Assembly: GCF_009914755.1 (NCBI RefSeq)
Contig: NC_060941.1
Direction: 5' to 3' (one strand)
Length of the DNA: 64,000 nucleotides
Source: the human T2T-CHM13v2.0 reference genome, Homo sapiens
Of this stretch, positions 1 to 14,875 are shown piece after piece. Position 1 is the first letter of the stretch. Every line of letters begins with the position of its first letter. The position numbers and the translations under genes are program-made. The notes beneath the pieces were generated by a model that saw only the letters and a list, made by a program, of their open reading frames with translations, had not been told where the DNA came from and searched no databases.

Positions 1-2087
1 GGAAGAGAAAAATGAAGCAGATATGTACAGAATCAGACAACGGACCCTGTAGAAGGTGAGAGAGAAGCGAGGAGGATGGAGAAGTGCTCCCCCAAAATAT
101 TCCAATTTCCAGGAACCCCAGTGCTTTATTTTTTGAGATACTTTCCTTCATTCTTTTAACAAACTACCTTTTTACATTAATGAGTTTGAACAAATTTCTG
201 TTTCTTGCAAACTATGGATCCCTAACATGCTGCTCGTCCATCTCAAATGAGGCCACCTCCAAAAAGTCTTCAATCTTAGTTGGGGGTTCCCTGAAAGCAG
301 AACCTGAGACAAGGACTGGGAGGAGGTAGTTATGGGGAAGGTGGCGTCCAGGAAAGAGAAGCAAGGGAGCTGGAAGAATGAGACAGGGAAGGAAAAAAGC
401 CAATCAAGTGTGCTTTAGTGGGCTGGTCACCCAGCTGGGCTCAAAGCTGCTGCAGACCCTTGAGGTGCCATATTGAATGTGCCTCAGACTTGTCCTTTTA
501 AAGGGTGGGAGAGTTGGGCATTGTCTACCAACTTCTGTCCCTTGTTGGTTGAAGGTAGTCCCTGGGGATGTGAACTCTTCTGCAACGTTGGACGGTACCT
601 GTAAGGACTGCAGGCATTCTCCTGCTTTAGAGAAAGCCCCAAGACAGAAAAGTGGAGAGATGAGGTAGAATGCTGTCAGCATGCATGGGAGCCTTCCTTC
701 CACCATCACTGCAGCTGAAATTGTGGATGGAGAGGGGATTGTATCACCAGGCACCAAAAGCATCTGCAAAGTCTTACAGACTCCTCTATTGTTTATATAC
801 CTAGGCATTCCCCTTGATGCCAACAGAACACTCTCTAGTCCAGACCAAACTCGCCTGCCCCAGCTCAGCCTTCCTGATGGAAGCTCCTTGACTTATTTTT
901 GCAACTAATGTTAACTTTAAGCAACCTAAGGCTTCCCCAGTTACCACTGTCAACCAGGGCACACCAGGAAGGGGATGCCTGATCTGACCCTACCCTTGGA
1001 AACCCCACCCAGTTCTAACATGGAAAACACTGGCAGGTTATTGATCTTCTCTGTCTGCAAGTGGTCCAGCCATTACCACCCACAAGTCTCAGCTCTGCGC
1101 TTGACCAGCTATGCAGTTTGACTGAATGACCTACTCAGCTTTCTTAGCCTCTGTTTTCCTGATAGGTAGAAATGGAGCTCATATTTATCTTGGAGGCTTG
1201 CTGGGAGCATTGCATAAGGCAATGAGTGAGAGACTCTAGTAAGGGAGCAGATGGGTTGTATCAGTGTGTGTTAGCTCTTCCCTTCTCCAGGGATATGCAT
1301 TTTGGAAGAAAGATTGCTTTGCCTGCAAAATATATGCTCTCCTTTTCTTCTTGGAAGAGCATCTTCATTTTCTCTTGGGAAACCACCACTTCTCCACTCT
1401 GTTCTTGTTCAGACATGGCTGCCCCACCCCTCCTTCCCTAGGAGTGGAGCACCTGGGCAATCAGACACGTGGTGGTTGTTTCAAAAGGGCCACATACCCA
1501 AAGGTGTCAGGACTTTAGTATAAACTATTGGGAAAGAGAAATCTCTTTCTACGTAGCTTCTAAGTAGCTGGAACATGCACCTGGAGCTGTGCAGTCCATC
1601 TCATCATGATGATGGAAATATCTGCTGAGCGTGAAGCCCACGTGGTGGAATATATTGCTGAAAGATGGTAAAAAATGACCGAATCCTCGTGGCACCTCTT
1701 GGAGGCCTGACTCTGACCAAAATAAGAATTTCTGGTTACTTGGGTGAATAAATGCTTGAGTTGGGTTCCTGTTGCCTATAACCTCCAAAGTCATAGCTGA
1801 TATAGCATTTGACTTCCTGAGGACTATATGCTCAGCTGCAGGAGCTGGGGAGGTAGCAAGTGTGAGGCCAGGGACAAGCAGGTGGCCCACAGTCCACTTC
1901 TATTGGGTCTTGGTGTGTTTCCACCAACCTATTGATTCCCTCTTGGAAGGGATCCCAAGTCAGGGAAGACCAGCCACTTCCAGGAAGGGGTGGGGAGGTA
2001 GGGCTGACAGTTGATGGGGCCTGCCTTCCTTCCTTCTTTCCTTCCTTTCTTCTTTCCTTCCTTCCTTCCTCCCTTCCTTCCTTCCTC

Positions 2088-2271
<184 letters not shown>

Positions 2272-2781
2272 TAGCTGGGCAGTTGGTGCTGGGCCCCAGG
2301 GTTCAGGGTCCATCTTCCTGCACGGGTTTGGTCCACCACACTGATTAGACTATTCTCCCTCAGTATACCAGGCTCTTGGAGTGTCTGACCCTTTTACTGC
2401 AGAAAACGTTTCTGTCCCGTGAGCCCTGCCCTGAGAGCCAAATCTTCTGCTCATGTGTTGTCAGACACACGTCCCTGCACAGAGGTGCTTGGAATATTCT
2501 GGAGATAATAGTTTAACCCTGGTGGGGGGGTTCCATTTGGGTGCCTGAAATTCCTACTAGCAATTTGAGAACAGTAAGGTCCTTCGATTAGAGCTGCTCA
2601 GTTCCCTGATAACTTACAGAGCCAGTCATTTCTCTGGGCTAAGAGCACGCTGAATGATGCTTATGTCTCCTTGAAGGAATGGGTCATTTCCCGTGGTTCC
2701 TGAATTTCCCCAAGGGAGTCTCGCAAATTTCTTCTGGGGATTAGCTGCGTCGGTCAAGGCCCAGGCTAGAATTTGATGGCG

Positions 2782-3225
2782 TCTATTAGTGTTCTAGGGC
2801 TACTGTAACAAATTGCCACAAATTGGGTTGCTTGAAATAACAGAAACCTATTGCCTCACAGCCCTGGAGGCTGGAAGTCTGAAATCCAGATGTCAGCAGG
2901 GCCCTGCTCCCTCTGGAACCTGTAGGAAGATCACTTCCTGACCCCTTCCTTCCCAGTGCCTGGTGTTTTCCCGGCAGGCTTTGGTGTTCCTGAGCTCACA
3001 GCTGCATCACTCCTATCTCTGCCTCCATCATCACAGGACACATTCCCTGGGTGACTCTGTCTCCACACAGCCACCTTCTTATAGGGATGCACCTTACTCC
3101 AGTATCGCCCCATGTTAACTAGTTACGTCTGCAAAGCCCCTATTTCCAGATAAGGTCACGTTCTAAGGTACTGGGGGTTAGAAAATCATACTTTTTATAG
3201 GAGAGACAGAATTCAACCTATAACA
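2782..3225 (-). mobile_element. MaLR LTR (MLT1-like)
   Basis: ctgtaacaaattgccacaaa...ctggaggctggaagtctgaaatc...attcaacctataaca hallmarks. Confidence 0.8.
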
Positions 3226-3642
3226 CCGGGTGATTAGGGATCATTTAATGAAGGGGCATCACAGAGGTGTGGTCAGGATTAAAGAATTCCAACAAAGGAC
3301 GAAGAAGCTCCCAGGGCCAGCAGCAGCCAGGAGCCATGAATGCACCTAGGCTCCAAGGGGCAAAGGGCAGGATTGGCTCCCGAGGGTAACCAGTGGTTCA
3401 GTGGCAGGTTGCAATCAAGACACTGCAGCCCGGCAGGAGACAGCTGGGGTGCTAAACACTGTAACTTCAGTCTCTCCCTGCCAGCCAGTCCCCAGTGGCT
3501 GAGCCCAGTCAGCAGCCAACAGACAAGGGCACCTGTTGCAGCAGCCACAAGTGCCAGCACTGAGATGGAGCGCTCACAGCATCTGGAGGGGCAGAGACTG
3601 TCCCAGGCGCTGGCTGTGGCTATGCCCAGCTGTGTGTCTTTA

Positions 3643-4070
<428 letters not shown>

Positions 4071-4535
4071 TCAGGGCATCTGATTGCTTTGTCTCTCTGC
4101 TTCTTTAGGTTACCCACATTTTTTCATTTTAAACATTTTGTAGATATGTGTGGTTGGGGGTGGGAGGAGAAAACCACCTGTATTTCTCTCTATGTGGAGT
4201 GTGAGGACTGCTTCACGCCTTGCAGTGTCTTGGGGCAGTCCCTTTAAGGTCTGGGGCAGTTACTGGGGCCTAGATGCCACTCCTCCTGGGTCCCAGGAGC
4301 TAACTGCCTTTGTTCTGCCCAGAGCAGCTGTGGCTCATAGAACATAATCACCTTCAGTTTTCTCATCTGTGAAATGGGTCTGTCAGCCCTTCCAATGAAT
4401 TAAGGCTGATGCGAAGATCTAATGGAATCTCGCAACGGGAGGCCCATTGGAAATTGTGAATATAATTAGGTGAGTTACTACTGCTGTGCCGAAGGGTTTC
4501 CTGGAGAGATGAGCTATAAAATTGGTTTGGAGATA

Positions 4536-4569
4536 CAGTGCTCCCTTGTGGCTATTTTTTATATTGCAT
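4536..4569 (-). promoter_or_regulatory. Putative CTCF site with upstream motif
   Basis: minus strand ATGCAATATaaaaaaTAGCCACAAGGGAGCACTG resembles CTCF core plus the TGCAAT upstream module. Confidence 0.55.
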
Positions 4570-4576
4570 GACACTT

Positions 4577-4608
<32 letters not shown>

Positions 4609-5550
4609 CCCCACTATGTTTCAAGATAAAGATTGTGGTTTTTCATTCATAGGCCAATGAGACACCCCATCCTGAGAGCACGTCAGGGCCTGAGTGGGCA
4701 CAGGGACATCTGAAATCACTAGGGAGCATTTAGTCAGAGGGAGGCCAAGGCCCATAGACAGGAAATTTCACTGCAGGGCGCTTAGGCTGCCCACCAGGTA
4801 GACTGGCCAGGTCCACCCGCAAGTCTCTGACCTCCCTCTGCTCTGGGGTATGCTCCGCCAGTTGGCAGGGGAACAGTGGAGCAGAGCCACTTAAACCGGA
4901 GAGTCCTTCGTGGGCCGTTGCTCCACGTGGCTTCTTTTGGGGAATCTCAGGTGTCTGCTGTCACCCTGCCTCAGAGTCCTCACTCTCCCAGAATGTGGCT
5001 TTCAGCGCCAGTGTGGACGATTCCAGACACAATCCCTTCCTGCCCCCCATCCCCTTGGGGGGTTCTTGGCCTGGAACTCACCTGTGACCAGGCAGAGCCC
5101 TAAAGGGAACAGGTAAGGACCCTACAGCGTGGATCTGGGTCGTGGCCACATTCTGCTGGCAGCCCACCCTTGGTGGGTCCCAGGATTGGCTGCTGTGACC
5201 CTGGCTCCAGCTGCTTCTGTCCCAAAGCTGCCATCCCTACTCTCTGGTCACCAATCAAGTTTCAGCCCTCTCCCTTCGCAATTGCGGCTCCTACCCACCC
5301 TCTGTTGGCTTCGGCCTGAGCACCCCAGTATGCCCTCCCCCCACTAACAACAACCTCTCACAAGACAGTTCCCTTGCAGGCTCCAGGCCTGCCTTGCCTG
5401 CTGCTTCGGTGAGCCCCTGAGTTCTGACCCGACATCCTGCCTCCACGGTAGCAGGACGGGACCACCAGCCTTGTCCTGGAGTAGGCTGAGCTCCAGGTGA
5501 TCAGTGACCCTGGACATTTTTCTTTTTAAATTAAGATTTATAGATGTGCA

Positions 5551-5838
5551 GGCCAGGCGCGGTGGATCATGCCTGTAATCCCAGCAGTTTGGGAGGCTGA
5601 GGCGGGCGGATCGTGAGGTCAAGAGATCGAGATCATCCTGGCCAACATGGTGAAACCCTGTCTCTACTAAAAATACAAAAATTAGCCAGGCGTGGTGGCG
5701 GGCACCTGTAGTCCTAGCTACTTGGGAGTCTGAGGCAGAAGAATGGCGTGAACCCAGGAGGCGGAGGTTGCAGTGAGCCGAGACCGCGCCACTGCACTCC
5801 AGCCTGGGGGACAGAGGGAGACTCCGTCTAAAAAAAAA
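5551..5838 (+). mobile_element. Alu (Sc/Y-type)
   Basis: full dimer; TSD aagatttatagatgtgca. Confidence 0.93.
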
Positions 5839-5948
5839 AGATTTATAGATGTGCATATGTGTACCCTATATATGTCATTTTGTAAATGATTTAGATTCAG
5901 GGAAGAAATTTTTGCCCTCTTTCATCTATAAATATTAGACAAGCTTGA

Positions 5949-6332
<384 letters not shown>

Positions 6333-6635
6333 TCATTTACTGTTTTGTATAAGAAAAAGGAGACTACACGAAGTGCCCACCTCCAAGGAGAGGATGGCGT
6401 TTTAAATGCTTTTTGCTTTGAGAATTGAAGGAAAGGCTGAAATGAGGTGGATACTTGGGCAGAGGTTCTCAGCATTTGTTAGAAGCAACGTGGAAGCTAA
6501 AATTCCAGCTTGGCTGTGTGGGTGGGGATGGTGGGGGTGGAGGTGCAGGGGAGAGCTGGGGGTGGGGTTGGGAGGGGACTGAGGCCAATGAAATCAGTCT
6601 GGAAGATGGGCTGATTCTCATACACCCCCAACTCT

Positions 6636-6815
6636 AGAGCTGCTAGCCACACATGGCTGTTTAAGTTTAAATTAATTATAAATAAATAGCATTAAAAATT
6701 CAGTGTCTCAGACACAGGGCTCCGTGTTTCAAGTGCCCGGCAGCCACATGTGGCCAGTGCTGCCATGTTGGACAATGCATATTATAGAATATTTCCATCC
6801 TTGCAGCACTGCTCT
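6636..6815. mobile_element. hAT-Charlie MITE (MER3/MER33-like)
   Basis: tagccacacatggct...tttcaagtgc...agccacatgtggc...ttggacaatgca. Confidence 0.7.
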
Positions 6816-7174
6816 AAAGGGTCGTCAAGTCCTGCTCTCGTGGGTGGAGGTGACGTGGCCAGGTCACCCTTGTATACAGTGGAGGTGGTTTTCAGACTGA
6901 GTGCCTGAGCACATACGCATACAGTGTGAGTGTGTGTATGTGGGGGTTACAGGCATTGCAGCTCCTGTTTCCTGCTGAGTAGTCACCCTACAGAGCAGGG
7001 AAGCTTCTGGAAGTGTGTCCTGGGAATGTGGAGAACCCCAGGCTCCGTAGCTTCTGGGCTGGCTCCAGGCTATCCTCACTGTCACGGGAAGACCTCAGAC
7101 AGGTGAGGGGTGTGGCTGCAGGGCGCCCCAGTGTGGAGCATAGGACAGAAGCGCCAGCACCTGCCAGAAAAACC

Positions 7175-7180
7175 TTTATT
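7175..7180 (-). terminator. DHRS7C: DHRS7C polyadenylation signal AATAAA
   Basis: tttatt on +, about 30 nt after the stop codon; implies a very short 3'UTR. Confidence 0.75.
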
Positions 7181-7211
7181 TCCAAGGGGTGGCCCATTTG
7201 GCCTCCTGCAG

Positions 7212-7420
7212 TTACCCCTCCTCCGGGACATTGAGCTTCTCCTTCACCCCACAGGCCACCACGGCGAAAAAGAACTCCGGGAAGAAGGTGCGGACGTACA
7301 CGGCGGCCTTGGGGATGGGGTTGGCCATAAACACCTCTTGCTTCTTCCTCCGCACGGTGCGCATCACCTCCTCCGCCACCTCTACTGGGTGCACGCCGTA
7401 GGTCAGCTTCCTGAAAAAGA
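7212..7420 (-). CDS. DHRS7C: DHRS7C last coding exon 6, 209 nt to TAA
   Basis: (F)FFRKLTYGVHPVEVAEEVMRTVRRKKQEVFMANPIPKAAVYVRTFFPEFFFAVVACGVKEKLNVPEEG*; exons sum to 936 nt = 311 aa + stop. Confidence 0.95.
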
Positions 7421-7680
7421 CTGAAAGGCCCCAGTTGGGGGCGGGGGTTATGACCTCCGTGGGGACCCGGCTGGTCAGAGCCCTGCACATGCACAAAGGC
7501 TGAGGGGCGGGAAGCGTGGGCTGTCCCCGGAGTCACAGGTTCCAGGCCCCCTCCGCCACCCGCGGACCGCGGCGACCAGCGGGAGACACTCCACTCTCTG
7601 CGCTTCCTTCTGCGTCTTCGTCTATAGGATGGACCTGGTTTCCTGCCCTGATAATTTCGGAGGGCGGTTACGTGTGGGGG
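7220..7680. promoter_or_regulatory. CpG-rich patch over DHRS7C last exon and intron 5 end
   Basis: visibly high CG density (e.g. ccgcggaccgcggcgaccagcggg) against a CpG-depleted background. Confidence 0.5.
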
Positions 7681-7939
7681 AAGGGATGCAAAAGAGGTTA
7701 GGATCTAAGAAGGTGCCAGGTGGATTAAGGGACTGTTGTTTGTAACTGTCGTGAAGCTGTGCTTGTCAGGAGCATCCTGGAACCCCTGGTCTGCCCCCCA
7801 TCTTGGATCATCTCGGTTCCTCAAGGTGGGCCTAGAGCCTTGGGCAAGGTGTAGCGCCTCTACGCTTAGAGCATCCTAGAGCAGTGGCCATAATAAGGTG
7901 CACTGATTGATAGAGGGGCTGGTTGCTATTCCAGAACCT

Positions 7940-8110
7940 TCAGTCCTTCCAACAACCCTAAGAGATAGGTATTGCTATTATCCCTCGTTTTCTAAAATGA
8001 AAATAATAATAATAGCAATACCTATCTCTTAGGGAGGCACGAAATGATTAAGGGATTTGCTCATATCCAACCCTCTAATACATGGCAGAGGCCGGCTTCC
8101 AGTGCAGGTG
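7940..8110. mobile_element. MIR fragment containing an inverted duplication
   Basis: aacaaccctaagagataggtattgctattatccc...gaggcacgaaatgattaagggatttgctca follows the MIR core. Confidence 0.65.
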
Positions 8111-8490
8111 GCCTGGCTTTAGACTCTCGGCCTCCACTCTGTGCAAGGGAAAGGGGGAGCGGGAAAGTTCTTTAACCCCGAATCCAGGCCATGACATCTG
8201 GGAAAAAGGCCCAGAGATAGGCAGTTGCTTGCCGAGGTGGCAGAGGAAGCTGAGTGGCTGAGCTTAGCGGGCGCATGGGCTGTAGGCTGCAGTGAGGATT
8301 CTGTCTACCGGGTGCCTCAGGCCTAAAGGTTTGGGGGCCCCGCCCTGCTGTTGGGGGTTGCTGAGCCTCCTCCACCCCCATCCCCAGACTCATGTTTCAG
8401 GAGTACCCATCTGAAGGTCATTCATCCCCCCAGTGACACCGGACTGTTCCCGAGGCCCCCAGGGGCCCCAGCTTCCCTCTGAAGTCTCAC

Positions 8491-8646
8491 ATTTCCAAAT
8501 GGAAGCTTCCCAGTTTCCTTGCTCTGGATACACGTGGTACGACCGGATGAAAGTCGGGCTCACGGTGCTGATGACAACATCGTATTCCTCCACTTCGGCT
8601 CGGAGGCAGTCAAAGAAGCCCAGGGCTGCGTGCTTGGAGGCAGCGT
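8491..8646 (-). CDS. DHRS7C: DHRS7C coding exon 5, 156 nt
   Basis: (Y)AASKHAALGFFDCLRAEVEEYDVVISTVSPTFIRSYHVYPEQGNWEASIWK; catalytic YxxxK; donor T|GTGAGA. Confidence 0.95.
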
Positions 8647-8845
8647 CTGCGAGACAAACCATCCGGAGGTGGGCGCAGGACACTCCCGGCCCTGCTTCCT
8701 GGTGGGCGCATTGGAGGCAGGAGGGCCGACAGACACATTTCCTACAGGCGCAGAGCTGGGAAGATCCTCAAGAATCTGCCCCTCACTTTACAAATGAGGA
8801 CAGAGAGCCCTCGGGAGTGGTGGACATAGAGCTGGAACTGAATGC

Positions 8846-8990
8846 AGCTTAGCCACTTGCTGGTGGTGTGATGTGATTGTGGGCAAATCACTTTGCCTCT
8901 CTGAGGCTCAGTTTTCTTATCTTTAAAATGGGGGCGCTATTTCCCTTGGCAAATTACTGTGAAGATCAAATGAGAAAACATACAGAATGC
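8846..8990. mobile_element. MIR
   Basis: gggcaaatcactttgcctctctgaggctcagttttcttatctttaaaatggg. Confidence 0.75.
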
Positions 8991-9426
8991 CGGCACAAAC
9001 ATGAATTCCCCTTCCTTCCTGGGAAGGCTGATGCCTAAGAAACTTGTCCAAGGTCCGGGGCCAGCTGGTGGCTGCAGTGAGCCTGAATCACAGATATCCC
9101 CTCTCCCTTCCTGTTTCCCTTTTCCTCGGAGAGCCCGTCCAGGTAATCCACTCACCAAATCCAGTTCAAATCGTAGAAGCCATGGGTTGGGGAAAAAAGG
9201 ATCATTCCAGGAGTTCCAAAAAGAATAGAGTGGACATTGCTTAGAGCTTTGGGAAGTTAGAGCCACATCTGGGGTGTGATGCACCCCAACTTCACATTTT
9301 AGGGGTGTCAGTCAGAGGCAGAAGGGGCAGAAGGTGGATGTACTGTGGTTCCTGCCACTGTGCCCAGATGCCTTCAACCAGAACCCTTTCCTGGTTCCCC
9401 TGACATCATGACTAGCAAGCTTCTAG

Positions 9427-9760
<334 letters not shown>

Positions 9761-10007
9761 TAAACGGATACATTGTGCGGTATGTGAATTACACAGCCAA
9801 TACAAGTGTTACCAAAAAAAGGTCTACCAGCTTGTTTTTCATTCATCCACCATCTCCTTGATTCCTTCAGTCATTCAACAGTGAAGTCCCTGCTCTGGTG
9901 GGTGAGAAGCTGGGGACCCAGAGGTGAATAGAAGTAGCTCTGGCCTCATGGAGTCCTCATTTCATCAGTGGGGCAGACACGTGGACAGGTAACTTTCCAT
10001 GTGGTGT

Positions 10008-10308
10008 TTTTTGTTTTGTTTTGTTTTGAGAGGGAGTCTTGCTCTGTTGTCCGGGCTGGAGTACAGTGGCTCAATCTCAGCTCACTGCAATCTCTGCCTC
10101 CCGGGCTCAAGCAATTCTCCAGCCTTAGCCTCCCGAGTAACTGAGATTATGGGTACACACCATCATGCCTGGCTAATTTTTGTATTTTTAGTAGAGATGG
10201 GTTTCACCATGTTGGCCAGGCTGGTCTCAAACTCCTGACCTCAAGTGATCTACCCGCCTTGGCCTTCCAAAGTGCTGGGATTGCAGGTATGAGCCACTGT
10301 GCCCGGCC
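10008..10308 (-). mobile_element. Alu (S-type)
   Basis: full dimer; TSD ccatgtgg. Confidence 0.9.
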
Positions 10309-11465
10309 CCATGTGGCATGGTTAATGCAGGAAAGAGATGTGTGCCTGCAGCAGGAGGGACACATGGCAGGCTGCCTTCCCTTTCAAGTCTGTGTGCCAG
10401 GTTCTGAGCCTCAGAGCCCCCATCTCCTTGCCTGGGTGGATGGTAAGGGAACTGTGCTGGGGTGCTCAGGGACACTGAATTCCTTTTGGGTGGTCAAAAG
10501 AAACCTCTGAGTCGGCAGACCCCAGGTCACTCCCACGCCAGCTCCTTGTGTCTTTCCAAAGCCGGATTCAGAGGAAGAAGAGAATTTGGGGCCAGTCCAG
10601 GGTGGCATGGCTTCAGTTCTGACATTTACATGGGAAACTCTGTGCCCCTCAATTCCTCAGCTTCAGAGAAGCCAGACCATGACTGATGGGGGTGGAGACA
10701 GCCTTGAGAGAATTCTGAGTCCCCAATACTGTGTTTTGCAAATGTTCCCAGGAAACTCGTGCATTTGTCCTATACGGGTCAGTGGCCAAAGCGCCCATTG
10801 TCATGCCCATGTCTCATTATATTATGTCACCTCTGTGTTCCCATCACTTGGCTTTAGGCATTCAAACACTTTGTTGAATGAATGAAGGCATGAAGCAAGG
10901 AAGATGAAAAGTCACCCAGCTGCTGAAAATAACAGACAGAAAGTTTAAAAATACAAGGAGCAGTGGGGAGATTCCTAAGTGGACTGGGGAAGAGAGGAAA
11001 AGGCAGGATGTGGCAAAGACTGCTGTATGTGGCCCATTCACTCTGCCCTTCTTCCTGGGCCCCCAGGTGGACTGCACTTCCCAGCGTCCCTTGCACTTAG
11101 GTGCGACTGAGTTCTCCCAATAGGATGTGAGCAGCGGTGATGCCAGCCTGGGGACAATGGGATGTCCAATGCCAGCCTGGGGCTTTGGACATTGAGCACG
11201 GCTCCTCCACAGTCTCTTTCCTCTTCTTGCCAGCAGGGACCCAGTGGTGACCACACGGAAGATGTTGTTGATGGAATGACTTAGCATGACCCTGGGCCCC
11301 TCAGTGACCCTGTGGCATGGTGGCATCTGCTTGCCTGAGCCATTCCCATTGAGGTTACTACATGGAGGAGTAATCAAGTTTTCCCACATCACAGGCTCAC
11401 AGCACCACAGGCCTAAACTAACTAAGGCATATGGAAAAAGGAAGGTAAAACACTACTAGAGGGGG

Positions 11466-12183
<718 letters not shown>

Positions 12184-12917
12184 GGAACCTACTATTTTTT
12201 TCCCTCCCTTCTTCCCTTCCACCCTTGTACCCATCAAACATTTACTGAGCCCCTAATTTGCACATGGTAGTGTGGGCCACGAATAAATGTATATGGCACG
12301 TTCCCCACCTCTTAGAACTAGCTCATCAGATGTGGAAATGGCTCCAGAATTTTTCCAGCTAGATCCCAGGAACATACACCTAGGAGTCCTTCTCCCCCTT
12401 GAACTTTTGAAAGGACGCTCGTATTTGGAGCTGCCCCCACCCTGAATTCTGCCCCTTTCTGTTTTTCCTGGTTTCTTCCTCAGAAGGTCTCCACTGCCCT
12501 CCCATTTTGTGATGTGCACCCACCCTTCTCTTTCCCAATGGTAATCTTCCTTGACTTTCAAGGGCATCTTTGTGGAGGAAGGGGCATTGGAGCTACGACT
12601 GTGCATCTTTGTCAGGAGCGTGACCTTCACCTGGCATTGTCAGGTTCACCTAGTGCATGTCCTGCCCCCATGGGAGACTGTGAGCTTCGCGGACAGAAGG
12701 AGCGTATCTTTAATATCTCAGCATCTCCCATAGCCACTTGCATGCTGTAGGTGCTCAAAAAAATAGGAACCATAGGGATGAAAGAAAATCCAGCAGATGG
12801 TGTCATCCTTGGACCCTTTCCCCTGTGACCATCTGCCTAGTCTTAGACATAACAGCTCCTGCCTTATACCATAAGACATACAACAGAAGATATCATATTT
12901 TTATCTTAGCAACTTAC

Positions 12918-13010
12918 AAGTCGTACGGAACGGGATTCCAAACTTCCCTTGGATATTATTCACTAACACGATTTGGCCTGTTCTCCGGGAGATCATGTTG
13001 GGAAGCAGGG
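12918..13010 (-). CDS. DHRS7C: DHRS7C coding exon 4, 93 nt
   Basis: CAG|CC acceptor; (A)LLPNMISRRTGQIVLVNNIQGKFGIPFRTT; donor T|GTAAGT; not in the ORF track, read by hand. Confidence 0.94.
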
Positions 13011-13833
13011 CTGGAAAACACAGGACGATGCATCATGGTTAAAACTTTGAGACTGAGTTAGGCAGCAGCAGGCAGACCCCTGCCCCTGGTACCCTCATCA
13101 CAGGGCTCCGCTACCTCCGCGGTAACTAGATTGCAGCAGGGCAGAGGTGGAATGAGTCCTGCAATCATTTATCCAGTGTTTCCAAAGCGTGGGCTGGCGA
13201 GTTGCTGGGTGATTTTAAATTGGTGCTTTCCCACCAATGTGCATTTAGTGACACTGATTTCTTTTTTTTTTTTAAATGCATATTTATATTTATTTTATTT
13301 TCCTCTCAAATTTTGTTTAGATGCAGGGGGAACACGTGCAGATTTGTCACATGGGCATATTGCACTCAAGTAGTGAGTACGGTACCCAGTAGAACAGAAC
13401 AGACGCTCATCTCGGTAGTAAGAACATCATTCCCGTTTCAATTCTCCTAGTATGGAAGGAAGAAGGAAGAAGGAGGTCTCACAGTGGTTCTAGTGTGTCT
13501 TTAACGCCTCTCTTGCACATGCTAATCTTTTAACAAAGAGAGGGAAGATTGTGGCGTTCTCAGGCTACCTTGGGAGAACTTAATTTGTTTAATTTTCAGG
13601 TTGTCCTTTATTTACTGAGAATGAAAGAGTTTTTAAATTCATGTTGGTTTTATACAGATTTCCTCCTAAAGTGAATTTAATTTAAAAATGAGAAAATTCA
13701 GAGAAAGGTATTAAATTAATAATAGTATAGGCGGAATGGGGATATGGCAAAAAATGAAAAGACAATACTCAAAGGGTCAACTTTCAGAATGATCTGGGAA
13801 ACCCAGCACCTCCATGTTAAAATGGACAAACTG

Positions 13834-14186
<353 letters not shown>

Positions 14187-14649
14187 CTAGACCCAGGGTC
14201 CTTAGTGAGTTAGAGGGCTAACCAGGAGGAGAAACCAGTTCTGGCCCTTTTCCACTCCACTTTCTTGGTTCGTTGCTTTGATGCCAGTGAAGTCTCCGTT
14301 AAAGGTTGGTAGCTGACACACCGGTGCTGGCCTGTTTGCTGTGTCCACAGGGACTGGACTGGAGGAAGCTGTTATCTCTGGGACACCATTCTAGAAGCTC
14401 TGGAAAGTCATCTTTCTGCCCCAAATGCGTCTTTCTCTTCATCTGTCTTAGTACTCAGAATCCTATTGTTAGAGGTACCCAGCATGGGAGCTGGTTGTAG
14501 AGAAGGTATTTGCAAGATCAGGCTAGATCTCAGACCTTGCCAGGACACCCCACTCCCTAAATGGAGGCGTTCTCCACATTACATTCCCCCTGAGCTTCTG
14601 CTTTGATAAACTTTTATTTTTTTGGAGAGCAGGGGCTTTAACTTTTCTT

Positions 14650-14875
14650 TTTTTTAGACAGTCTCACCCTGTCTAAAGATGGAGTGCAATGGTGTGATCT
14701 CGGCTCACTGCAACATCAGCCTCCCAGGTTCAGAAGATCCTCCTGCCTCAGCCTCCTGAGTAGCTGGGATTACAGGCACCCACCACTATGCCTGGCTAAG
14801 TTTCGTATTTTTAGTAGAGACGGGGTTTCACCATGTTGGCCAGGCTGGTCTCGAATTCCTGACTTCATGATCTGT
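14650..14875 (-). mobile_element. Alu, 5'-truncated
   Basis: Alu consensus ending at tgatctg. Confidence 0.85.

Noticed and set aside
165-300. Exon-like - strand segment (EPPTKIEDFLEVASFEMDEQHVRDP)
   Set aside because: In-frame stop and no recognisable homology; cannot support a pseudogene call.
5344-5856. 170-aa ORF and the many similar [13 protein letters not shown] / WDYRH ORFs across the window
   Set aside because: Alu-derived reading frames.
6521-6580. G-rich potential quadruplex downstream of DHRS7C
   Set aside because: Common in human DNA; nothing links it to function here.
6988-7536. 182-aa - strand ORF overlapping DHRS7C exon 6
   Set aside because: Alternative frame of a GC-rich exon; no independent support.
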